DNA from: a virus
Strand: one strand, 5' to 3'
Length of the DNA stretch: 58,910 nucleotides
Virus record (IMG/VR): IMGVR_UViG_3300017694_000001
Coordinates: 1 to 58,910 of that record
Under the pieces are notes generated by a model. It had not been told where the DNA came from and searched no databases. It was given only the letters and a program-made list of their open reading frames with translations. Positions 22,993 through 30,768 of the stretch are shown piece by piece; position 1 is the first letter of the stretch; every line of letters starts with the position of its first letter. The position numbers were made by a program, and so were the translations under genes.

Positions 22993-23995
22993 GCCCAGCG
23001 TCACCAACCCTAATCGCCCCGGCTACAGCCAAGAAGAACGGGCGTTGCTTGGCCGGCTCTACCCACAAGCCTCCCAAGCCGAGATTCTACAGGCATTCTC
23101 AGGCCGGACGTGGGAAAGCATCTGTAGCGCCGCCCACCGCTTCGGCGTGAAGCGCACGCTACCGGCCAACTACTCCCGCCAGTGGAGCGCGGAACACCTG
23201 GAGTTACTGCGCACCCACTACCCCACCCAGGGCGCGGAGTACGTAGGGCAGTTGGTGGGCCGCAAAATGCGCACGGTGCTATCGAAGGCGGGGGAGATGG
23301 GCATCCGCCGCGATTACACCCAGCAAGGCGTACGTCAGAAAGCCCGCGCCCCGCATCCCGCGGATTGGCTGCTCAATGAGCGCCTGCTACTCGCCAAACT
23401 CTACCCCACAGCCGAGAAAGCAGAAATACTAGCCGCGCTGCCTAAGCGTACATGGGTAAGTATCCAGTGCCAGGCCGTCAAACAGGGGTTGTCCCGCCCC
23501 AGCTACATAGCGCCCGCTTGGACCGAAGCCGAGAACGAGATTATCCGGGTCAACTACCCCACGCTTTATTCGCGGGGTACTGCGCAGCTACTGCCGGGCC
23601 GCTCTCGTGGCGCTACGCGCAAGCAAGCGCACCTGCTAGGCATCAAGGCCATTAACCGCCGCCCCGAAACCATCCGAGCCAAGAGCCCCAAGGCTGCCCC
23701 CAAACCGAAAAAAGAAGCAGCTGCTCGCAAGCCGAAGCCGGTTGTGCAGAAGCCCGCCCCTGCACCAGTAAAGCGCAGCCCAGCCACCCCGAACCTGAAC
23801 GCCCAGGCGGCGAAGCAGCAAGCGAAAAAGGCGGAAGCTGCTAGGCCGAAAGAGTTTGTAACGGCTGCCGAGGTGCAGGCGCTGAGCGCAAATCACCCCG
23901 CCCGCTGGGCTTGGACCCGCGCCGCTCGCAACGGCCCCGCTGCGGCTACCATAGCCTTCCACCAAGCCATGAACGAGCTAAAGCAAGCCGCATGA
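22985..23995 (+). CDS. DNA-binding protein with four tandem Myb/SANT-like repeats and a Lys/Ala/Pro-rich tail
   Basis: 336 aa. Four ~47-aa repeats follow the pattern W-x2-E-x3-L-x3-YP-x..-I-x3-L-x2-RT-x3-I-x3-A-x3-G-x-(K/R). The C-terminus is KSPKAAPKPKKEAAARKPKPVVQKPAPAPVK. Confidence 0.6.
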   Translation: MNKPSVTNPNRPGYSQEERALLGRLYPQASQAEILQAFSGRTWESICSAAHRFGVKRTLPANYSRQWSAEHLELLRTHYPTQGAEYVGQLVGRKMRTVLSKAGEMGIRRDYTQQGVRQKARAPHPADWLLNERLLLAKLYPTAEKAEILAALPKRTWVSIQCQAVKQGLSRPSYIAPAWTEAENEIIRVNYPTLYSRGTAQLLPGRSRGATRKQAHLLGIKAINRRPETIRAKSPKAAPKPKKEAAARKPKPVVQKPAPAPVKRSPATPNLNAQAAKQQAKKAEAARPKEFVTAAEVQALSANHPARWAWTRAARNGPAAATIAFHQAMNELKQAA

Positions 23996-24186
23996 GCCAG
24001 CCCCGCATCCGCCGCCACCACGAGCTGCTACGAGGCAATTGGGCCGGCCTCGAAGCCTGGGCCGAAATCAACCGCCCAGCCATTCGGCAAGCCCTGGCCG
24101 ATACGATAACCCCCGCCCAACAGGCCCAACTTGACTGTTGCGCCGTGCGGATTCAAGCCAAGCGGGCGGTCCGCTTTCTCAACTGA
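23992..24186 (+). CDS. Hypothetical protein (64 aa)
   Basis: ATGA overlap with the previous stop. This is the C-terminal part of track ORF 23911..24186. Confidence 0.45.
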   Translation: MSQPRIRRHHELLRGNWAGLEAWAEINRPAIRQALADTITPAQQAQLDCCAVRIQAKRAVRFLN

Positions 24187-24234
24187 GCGCCCCACCGGGC
24201 GGCTTCTGCTCCTACTGAGGAAGGCCCGGCCGAT

Positions 24235-24441
24235 TTAGGCGGGCAGCACAACGAATAATCGCTCTCGGATTTCGATAGTCTCCACCTTCTTTTGCTCAAT
24301 ACGGCGGTGGGCCTGAACCCGGCTAATCTTCTCACTTTCTGCATACTCCGGCACGGTACGCAGGCGAGCTAGGAAGGCGGCAACGGCGGGGTCTAGGTTG
24401 AGCATAAAGGAAAATAAATCGGGCAAAGTTACGCGAATCAC
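24235..24441 (-). CDS. Small leftward gene, possible HTH (excisionase/MerR-like) protein
   Basis: 68 aa from GTG (56 aa from the ATG at 24405). It is the only minus-strand gene in this block. ..VPEYAESEKISRVQAHRRIEQKKVETIEI.. loosely resembles the excisionase-type HTH. Confidence 0.35.
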   Translation of the reverse strand: MIRVTLPDLFSFMLNLDPAVAAFLARLRTVPEYAESEKISRVQAHRRIEQKKVETIEIRERLFVVLPA

Positions 24442-24486
24442 CGTTACGCGCTTGCCCGTTACATACGTAACCGTTACCTTTGTAAC
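24428..24486. repeat. GTTAC array with exact 15-bp period
   Basis: GTTAC at 24428, 24443, 24458 and 24473. Inverted GTAAC at 24467 and 24482. Three copies share CCGTTAC. The array overlaps the -7 box at 24475..24482. Confidence 0.85.
24475..24482 (+). promoter_or_regulatory. -7 box TACCTTTG (TAnnTTTG) for the clamp operon
   Basis: Perfect consensus, embedded in the GTTAC array. Confidence 0.45.
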
Positions 24487-24653
24487 ATAGCAATGAGCGA
24501 AAGCCCCTGGCAGGGCGGAACGCTAGGATTACCCGGCTGCCCACTACCAGCCGTTGCACCGACATAATGGGGTATGCCAGTGCCCTTTATCGGAGCCGCC
24601 TTAGTTTCTGCTGTAGTGGGCAGAGACGGGCGGCTTCATCATTTCACCCCATC

Positions 24654-25853
24654 ATGCCCAAGTTTCTCTGTTCTTCGTCCGCGCTGCTTCGTCAGCTAAA
24701 GCAAGTGGCTCACGTTGTGCGCCGCAATCCCGTAGTGCCCGTGCTGGCAAATGTGCTGCTGGCGGCCACTGGTAACGAGCTGCGTATTATCGGCTCAGAC
24801 CTTGAAACCACCGTGGCCGTGAGCCTGCCCATTGAGGGCGGCAACGGCGAAACGTGGGGTATATGCCCGCCTCTCAAGCCGCTGCTTGACGTGCTAGGCA
24901 ACCTGCCCGACCAACCGATAACGGTAGAGCTAGGCCCGAAAGAAAATCAACTCACCGTGCGGGCCGTGGCCTATGCCTCCGATGAGGAACAGGGCGGCGC
25001 AACTGGCGGGGCAAGCTACACTTTCGGCTGTGAGCTTTACGGCGACTACCCGAAAACGCCCACCGTGCGCGACGAGGTGCAGCTAGTAATTCCCGGCCAC
25101 CTGCTACGTACTGCTATCGGCTATGCCAGTGACCTAACGGCTACTGACCAGTTTCGCCCTGCTATGATGTGCGTTCACGTCATAGCCGACGCAAGAGGGG
25201 TGCAATTTCAAGCTACGGACGGGCACCGGGCCGTGCAATTTGATGTGCAGGCAGCTAAAGAGCCTGGCTACTCTTTCACTGGCGCACAGGCCAAGAAGCT
25301 GCTGCTGCCAAAGCAGTCTATTGCTACCCTTAAAGCCCTGGTTAAGAGCGAAGATGTAGTAACGGTAACTGCACAGGCTGGCTGGGGGCACGCCCGTATT
25401 CAGATTGGGGCGTGGGGGCCGGAAGTAACGGTGCGGCTGGTTGATGAGCGGTTCCCCGACTTGGCGGCAGTTATCCCGACCGAGTTCCCTGGCGGCATCT
25501 TAACGCTGAGCCGCCCATCGGCGCAAGCCATGCTGCGCCGCCTCAAGCCGTTCGTGAGCTTTCTTACTCCGAAGGTGCATCTGTGCTTTTCGGGCACGGG
25601 CGGGCAGGCAAAGGCATTTGATGAGGGCGAAGATATTGAGGCCCGCGAGCCGCTGCCTGGCACGTTCGCGGCAGGCGACCTGAAAGAAATTGCCTTCAAT
25701 ATCAACCTCATGTCGCAAGTGCTGAGCCTGCTGCCCGGCCCTCGGCTGCGGATGCACTTCACAGGCGAGAACAAAGCTGCAGTGCTGACTTCGGACGGTT
25801 ACGAAGGGCTGCGCTACCTACTCATGCCCGTGACTATCCGCCAGTATGCCTAG
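24654..25853 (+). CDS. dnaN: DNA polymerase III beta subunit (sliding clamp) homologue
   Basis: 399 aa from the ATG at 24654. MPKFLCSSSALLRQLKQVAHVVRRNPVVPVLANVLLAATGNELRIIGSDLETTVAV.. is the typical clamp N-terminus. Length fits three clamp domains. Confidence 0.8.
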   Translation: MPKFLCSSSALLRQLKQVAHVVRRNPVVPVLANVLLAATGNELRIIGSDLETTVAVSLPIEGGNGETWGICPPLKPLLDVLGNLPDQPITVELGPKENQLTVRAVAYASDEEQGGATGGASYTFGCELYGDYPKTPTVRDEVQLVIPGHLLRTAIGYASDLTATDQFRPAMMCVHVIADARGVQFQATDGHRAVQFDVQAAKEPGYSFTGAQAKKLLLPKQSIATLKALVKSEDVVTVTAQAGWGHARIQIGAWGPEVTVRLVDERFPDLAAVIPTEFPGGILTLSRPSAQAMLRRLKPFVSFLTPKVHLCFSGTGGQAKAFDEGEDIEAREPLPGTFAAGDLKEIAFNINLMSQVLSLLPGPRLRMHFTGENKAAVLTSDGYEGLRYLLMPVTIRQYA

Positions 25854-25861
25854 CTGCCAAC

Positions 25862-25896
25862 GGCCCGGCTGCTCAGGTAGCCGGGCCGCTTTCTGT
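25862..25896 (+). terminator. Rho-independent terminator after the clamp gene
   Basis: GGCCCGGCT (25862..25870) pairs with AGCCGGGCC (25879..25887), followed by GCTTTCTGT. Confidence 0.6.
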
Positions 25897-25942
25897 CCCC
25901 CGCCCCCTCCCCCTTACAGAGAACAGCCCCACCTAAAATTTT

Positions 25943-26197
25943 ATGGAAGACCAACGCAAGGGCCGCATAATGCAAGGCATTAATGAGGTTATCGGCAAAG
26001 AGAATCTGCTTAAAAAGCTCATCCGAGAGGGCGTATTTAAGTTGCCCGCCTGCGACAAGTACGCGCTGTATGAGTCGATTGAAGAGTGGCGAAACGAAGG
26101 CGCGCCCGGCACCCTAGCCGAGCACTTGGCATGTACTACCCTGGCTGAAACCTACTCGCTAGAGACGCTCTTGCAAGCTGCCTCAGCCGACCAATAA
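25943..26197 (+). CDS. Hypothetical protein
   Basis: 84-aa track ORF. Confidence 0.5.
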   Translation: MEDQRKGRIMQGINEVIGKENLLKKLIREGVFKLPACDKYALYESIEEWRNEGAPGTLAEHLACTTLAETYSLETLLQAASADQ

Positions 26198-26261
26198 CCA
26201 TCGGCACGGCGGCGAGAACAACCCTATAGAGGGAGCCGCCGCCTCCAAAAATCAAATCAAT

Positions 26262-26606
26262 ATGGGACACCGCGCAGATTATCACCTGAGCTTCTTGACG
26301 CCCGAAGGCTTGCCGCATTACGGCGTGGAAGAGAAGCGAGTAGTGGGCGAAATGAACGATAACATTTCGTGCCAACCCTTCTCATTTGAATACTATCGGA
26401 CGTGGGTGTTGTGGGAAAGCAAGTGGCCGCAGCGCGATGAAGAGCTACGGGCTTTCAGCAAAAAGCACCCTGACATTCTCTTCTTTTTCAAGGTCGATTT
26501 CGCCGACATAGAAGAATGGTTTCACCTGTATGTGCTTGATGGCAAGATTCAAAAGTGCCTTGCCACGATAACCTACCCGCCCTTTAACCCTGACCTGCTA
26601 GCATAA
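26262..26606 (+). CDS. Hypothetical protein
   Basis: 114-aa track ORF. Confidence 0.55.
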   Translation: MGHRADYHLSFLTPEGLPHYGVEEKRVVGEMNDNISCQPFSFEYYRTWVLWESKWPQRDEELRAFSKKHPDILFFFKVDFADIEEWFHLYVLDGKIQKCLATITYPPFNPDLLA

Positions 26607-26872
26607 TGGCAACCCAGCGCTATAACCGCCACGGCGAGCCGATACCGGCAGACACCCCGCTCTACATCATTTGGAAGGTGAGCGACTTCCGAGACGAGTA
26701 CGAAGGCGGCAACGGGTACGCCGCCTTCCTGCCCACCGACCTAGAAAGCGCTGAATGGCACTGCGCCAAAGTACAGGAGCGGATACGGGCGCTCTACTGG
26801 TGGCAGCAAGACGCCACATTCGCCGTGCTGCCCTATGAGCCCCTGCCACCCCGCAACCTTCTAAATCCCTGA
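26606..26872 (+). CDS. Hypothetical protein
   Basis: 88 aa with TAATG coupling. Confidence 0.55.
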   Translation: MATQRYNRHGEPIPADTPLYIIWKVSDFRDEYEGGNGYAAFLPTDLESAEWHCAKVQERIRALYWWQQDATFAVLPYEPLPPRNLLNP

Positions 26873-26875
26873 GTT

Positions 26876-27352
26876 ATGCTAACCCTCGAAGAAATACTTG
26901 CCCTGCCCGCTGGGCGTGAATTAGATGTGGCTATTGCCGAGCACGTGCTCGGCCACGTCTGGCTACATAATAAGCGATACGGCTTCCTTCGTGATGAGGA
27001 AGACGCTGACGACATCGTAGAGGACAGTAGCGCCAACTATGGCAAGCACCCCAACCACGAGGGCGGCGCGTGGATTGCCCCCGATGAAAAATATTCTACC
27101 GATATAGCCGCTGCCTGGGGCCTAGTAAACTGCTTGGAAGTGGGTGGCTGGGGCCACAAGCACCAAGTATTCAGCGCCGCTGCCGAGTGCCCTGGCTGGC
27201 AGTGGACATTCATGCGGCCGGGCGGCGGGCTAGGCGCGTGTATTGCTGGGGCTGAAGGTGAAACTGCCCCGCTAGCTATCTGCCGCGCCGCCCTACTCGC
27301 CACTTTGTCGGCACCCCTACCTACTAAGAGAGAGGAAGCCGGCCATGAGTAG
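26876..27352 (+). CDS. Phage ABA-sandwich-domain-like protein
   Basis: 158 aa. ..LPAGRELDVAIAEHVLGH.. and ..KYSTDIAAAWGLVNCL.. resemble the conserved blocks of that phage family (from memory). Confidence 0.45.
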   Translation: MLTLEEILALPAGRELDVAIAEHVLGHVWLHNKRYGFLRDEEDADDIVEDSSANYGKHPNHEGGAWIAPDEKYSTDIAAAWGLVNCLEVGGWGHKHQVFSAAAECPGWQWTFMRPGGGLGACIAGAEGETAPLAICRAALLATLSAPLPTKREEAGHE

Positions 27353-27989
27353 CGAAAAGCCAATTTTAGCTATTAGTGAGGTAGCCAGCCCCGTGCGTCG
27401 CCGCCAGTACTTGGTGCCCGTCGTGGTGTTAAAGCCTGTGGCCGAGCGCAAAAACAAGCTCAATGGCTGGTTTGCAGACTTTGACACCGTGCCAGTTTTA
27501 GGCCCGGCCCACGGCGACCCCGAAATAAGTTGGGCCGCCGCTCAGCAGCACTACCATGTCGATTGGCGCTTCATGTCAGCCGCTTCTCGCCAAGCTGTCC
27601 GGCGGGAAGGCGATGGGCCTGGCCACGAAAAAGGCATTGTAGTTTGGGCAGCCGACGTAGTGCGCTTTGAATTGCAGCCGGTCGTTTACCGTGGCCCGGC
27701 ATCCGAGTGGGAAGGGCAAACCCCAAGGCAATTGCGCACCATTCTCGAGCCGCTGCATGTCGCCTCTGTGGTGGGTGAAACGAAGCGGTGCCCACACCGG
27801 GGCGCGGACTTAACGCACTGCAAGCCCGACGGAAACGGCGTGGTTACGTGCCCTGTACATGGGCTGCGCTGGCAGGTAGCTACCGGGCAGTTAGTGCCCA
27901 CCACACCTGCCGCGCAAGCACTAATTGAAGTACTCGAACGCGCCCCGGCCCCCACCCCTAGCGAGAGAGGAAACAGCCAGCCCGGCTAG
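27345..27989 (+). CDS. Rieske [2Fe-2S] domain protein
   Basis: 214 aa. CPHRGADLTHCKPDGNGVVTCPVHG contains the C-x-H ... C-x2-H Rieske ligand motif. Confidence 0.7.
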   Translation: MSSEKPILAISEVASPVRRRQYLVPVVVLKPVAERKNKLNGWFADFDTVPVLGPAHGDPEISWAAAQQHYHVDWRFMSAASRQAVRREGDGPGHEKGIVVWAADVVRFELQPVVYRGPASEWEGQTPRQLRTILEPLHVASVVGETKRCPHRGADLTHCKPDGNGVVTCPVHGLRWQVATGQLVPTTPAAQALIEVLERAPAPTPSERGNSQPG

Positions 27990-28177
27990 GATTTGGGCAG
28001 TTTGATTTCGCCGTGCTGCTTTTCGTGGGCGGCCACGGCATCCTCGGCGAATAGGCGCAACAGCTCGCTAGGTTTTCGGCGCTGAGCTTTTGCTACCTCC
28101 GTGAATTTGGCGCGCAGCTCGCCAGTAAGACGAATACAAAAGGTTTGGGGTGGGTCGTCTGATTTCGGGCGGGCCAT
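27986..28177 (-). CDS. Ribbon-helix-helix (CopG/Arc-like) regulator
   Basis: 63 aa from the ATG at 28177. MARPKSDDPPQTFCIRLTGELRAKFTEVAKAQRRKPSELLRLFAEDAV.. shows a beta-alpha-alpha pattern. Divergent from the replication operon. Confidence 0.65.
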   Translation of the reverse strand: MARPKSDDPPQTFCIRLTGELRAKFTEVAKAQRRKPSELLRLFAEDAVAAHEKQHGEIKLPKS

Positions 28178-28197
28178 GCCGCAAAAGTAATGCGGAA

Positions 28198-28253
28198 ATA
28201 ATAACTGCCTTGCCGGTTGCATAAATGCAATACAGTTATTATATTTGCAATAC
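28198..28253. promoter_or_regulatory. Operator/promoter cluster for the replication operon
   Basis: 10-bp inverted repeat ATAATAACTG (28198..28207) / CAGTTATTAT (28233..28242). Direct repeats TGCAATAC (28226..28233 and 28246..28253). -7 box TATATTTG (28240..28247). Confidence 0.55.
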
Positions 28254-28409
28254 GCAAACAGGATGCCGCGCCGGCAAGCGCGAATCACTGGATAACGGCC
28301 GCGACACCGGCCCGCAACGACTTCACCAACGGGGCTTGCCGGCCCCTTAACAGAAGCGCCTTGCTTCCACCGTGTCGGGTGGGGGCGGGCGCTTCATCTG
28401 TTTAAACTC

Positions 28410-28973
28410 ATGGCAACCAAACTTCAAACCACTGTCGCCTTTACCCAACAAGGTGATTTGCTCTATTATCAGATTAGCGGCCGGGATTGGGGACGTATCA
28501 TTCTTGACCCAAGCCTTGGCCTCATCTGCTGTTACACCAGCTATGGCAGCTACAACTTTCGTTGGAGTTCGCCTGGCTCAGACTTCCGCAAGTTCCTAAC
28601 TCAAATCAATTATGGCTACGCGATGGGCAAGTTTCTGGGAGCCCGCGAAGTGCTTGATATTGACGCCACCATCAAGCGGCTAAAGGCTGATGTGCGCGAG
28701 AGCCGCCGCGATGGAGGGCTTACCAAGGAAGAGGCGCAGGAGTGTTACGAAGCCATCGCAAGTTGTGCCGATTATGACCAAGGCGCATTTATGCAGGCGC
28801 TATCCCAAACAGAATACACTACGCATTTCCCTGACTGGTGGGAAATGGGTGTGTATCACTATGGTAGTGACGCAGTAGGCTTTTGGAAGAATATGTGGAC
28901 GCCCTTAGTACGCTTCCTGAAAAAGCAGTTAGCGGCTCCCACTACAAACAAGGAAGGGGGAGCCAGTGAGTAG
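28410..28973 (+). CDS. Hypothetical protein (first gene of replication operon)
   Basis: 187-aa track ORF. Confidence 0.6.
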   Translation: MATKLQTTVAFTQQGDLLYYQISGRDWGRIILDPSLGLICCYTSYGSYNFRWSSPGSDFRKFLTQINYGYAMGKFLGAREVLDIDATIKRLKADVRESRRDGGLTKEEAQECYEAIASCADYDQGAFMQALSQTEYTTHFPDWWEMGVYHYGSDAVGFWKNMWTPLVRFLKKQLAAPTTNKEGGASE

Positions 28974-29598
28974 CAAGAGCGCCTTTCTGGAAAAGCATCT
29001 TGAAGATGTTCTGTGGACTAACCCCGATGCCTGCTATGAGTCGGGGCTATGCTGCTTTGAGCCTCGTGCGTTTGGCAAGTACGTGCAGCGAATGCGGCAA
29101 CCTAGCCTATACCCTTATGGCATTGCCGATATTATTCAGATAGTACACGCTGATTCATGTCCTGACGTATTGGTGCAGGTAATCGAGTGCAAGCGCGACG
29201 TTATCGGCCTGGCAGCATACGCGCAGGCCAAGCGCTACCTAGCGGCCCTCAAATGCGCCCTTCAAGACCTGGTAGATATCACAGAGATTCGCGGAGGCCG
29301 GGTGCAATGGGAGTGCATCCTGATAGGCAAGCGCCTTGAAATGAACAGCGATTTCGTGTATGTACTCAACGAAGACAAGGCGTGTAAGGTCTACACTTAT
29401 GAAGAAGCTAATCAGGCTGTATCCTTCACAAAGTCCGGCCGCCGCTGGCATAAGCCCGCGGAAGCCAATAGCACAGACCTGGCGAAGGTAGCGGCCAGGG
29501 TTCAAGGCTATATAGGCTATGTAAGTGCTCAGCTTGAGGCCGACGAAGAGCTGTTTGCCCGTATGGAAGCTGCAAAAGAAAGGGGGCTAGTTGAATGA
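28966..29598 (+). CDS. PD-(D/E)xK-type nuclease candidate
   Basis: 210 aa with GTG start. ..GIADIIQIV..(17 aa)..VQVIECKRD.. fits the D...(D/E)-x-K motif. Confidence 0.5.
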   Translation: MSSKSAFLEKHLEDVLWTNPDACYESGLCCFEPRAFGKYVQRMRQPSLYPYGIADIIQIVHADSCPDVLVQVIECKRDVIGLAAYAQAKRYLAALKCALQDLVDITEIRGGRVQWECILIGKRLEMNSDFVYVLNEDKACKVYTYEEANQAVSFTKSGRRWHKPAEANSTDLAKVAARVQGYIGYVSAQLEADEELFARMEAAKERGLVE

Positions 29599-30683
29599 AG
29601 CCTGCCCTGCCCATCCGCAAGCGCCTGTCTGCGCTCACCTGCATCAAGGCTGGCCCTAAAGCCGTGCTCATTGAGGTATGCGAGTTGCACGAGAACGGCG
29701 GGCGCGGGTGCTTTGCCAGTAACGGCGCGCTCAGCAAGAAGCTGGGCGTGTCGGTGGCTACCGTGACGCGCACCGTAGCCTCGCTGACCTCTTGGGGGCT
29801 GCTGGCGACGCGCATAGTACCCGCCGAGGCCAACCGCCGCTACCTATGCCCTACGGCTGCTGTGCGAGCCTGCTATGCAGCTGCCAACGAAGCTCAGCAA
29901 CTGGCCGCCGTAGCGGAATTGACTATAGTCAAAAGTAGCCCCGAAACAGAATTGACTATAGTCGAAAACGAGACTGACTATAGTCAAAACGGTGAACTGA
30001 CTATAGTCAAAAATGGAGTTGACTATAGTCAAAACGCCTCGCGCGTAATAGGAGAAGACCAAAAGAAGACCATTCTAGAAGCCCAATTACAAAGCCTGCG
30101 TGAAGGGCTGGCTGAGGCAGAAGACGAATTGACTGCTGCGCAAAAAAAAATAGTGGAGCTGGAAGCTGAAAATGCCAGGCTTCGCGCACTAGGGGCGGCG
30201 GGCACAATGACTAGTCATCAGGGTGGGCGCTGGGGCTACGACCCGGCCGAGATACACCCGGCCCTGGTGCTGCCCTTCGATACACCGGACTTCCGCGAAG
30301 CCTGGATAGCCTACCGCACTTTCCGCGAACAGCAAAAGCATCCGCAGTTCACCGGCGGAATGCAGGAGCAGGCAGCCCTACAGCACTTAGGCAACCTAGC
30401 CGGAGGCAGCGAGGCCGAGGCGCTGGAAATTATCAAGTACAACATCAGAGGAGGGTGGAAAGACCTCTACAAACCCGATGCAAAACGCACTTCAACCCAG
30501 CAGTCAGCCCCAGGGCAGTCAGGCGGTGGCCAGAAGCCAACACTCAATGCCGTTGCAATGGCTGGCACCCTTGCTAGCCGGCGATTCCAGCAGCCAGGAG
30601 GTAGCGCTGGCGATACTGGACAAACAACGGGGACTCACCCCGGCCAGGGCACAGGAGGCACCCCAGGTTTCGACGCTCACTAG
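29595..30683 (+). CDS. Replication initiator (winged-HTH, lambda O-like organisation with internal origin)
   Basis: 362 aa. N-terminal wHTH (..GALSKKLGVSVATVTRTVASLTSWGLL..). Five iterons lie inside the gene. Confidence 0.65.
   Translation: MKPALPIRKRLSALTCIKAGPKAVLIEVCELHENGGRGCFASNGALSKKLGVSVATVTRTVASLTSWGLLATRIVPAEANRRYLCPTAAVRACYAAANEAQQLAAVAELTIVKSSPETELTIVENETDYSQNGELTIVKNGVDYSQNASRVIGEDQKKTILEAQLQSLREGLAEAEDELTAAQKKIVELEAENARLRALGAAGTMTSHQGGRWGYDPAEIHPALVLPFDTPDFREAWIAYRTFREQQKHPQFTGGMQEQAALQHLGNLAGGSEAEALEIIKYNIRGGWKDLYKPDAKRTSTQQSAPGQSGGGQKPTLNAVAMAGTLASRRFQQPGGSAGDTGQTTGTHPGQGTGGTPGFDAH
29931..30030. repeat. Origin iterons: 5 x (T/C)TGACTATAGTC(A/G)AAA with 22-23-bp spacing
   Basis: The 10-bp palindrome GACTATAGTC occurs at 29931, 29954, 29976, 29999 and 30021. 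It is read in two frames (ELTIVK / TDYSQN), so it is constrained at the DNA level. Confidence 0.85.
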
Positions 30684-30768
30684 AAGCGAAGAGGGTGCGA
30701 TTGCTGCCAGTCAGGCTCTCACCAACGCCTTGTTGTTCACCGCTGCCCAATTCAACGTGGTGCGCAAT

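Noticed and set aside
29931-30030. The five regularly spaced repeats as a mini CRISPR array.
   Set aside because: Repeats of ~16 nt with 6-7-nt spacers lie inside a coding gene, and no cas genes are present. The architecture matches origin iterons.
30478-30768. The upstream part of ORF 30478..31398.
   Set aside because: It overlaps the 3' end of the initiator gene in another frame with a Gln/Ser/Pro-rich shadow composition. The first ATG after the initiator stop was used instead, though the start remains uncertain.
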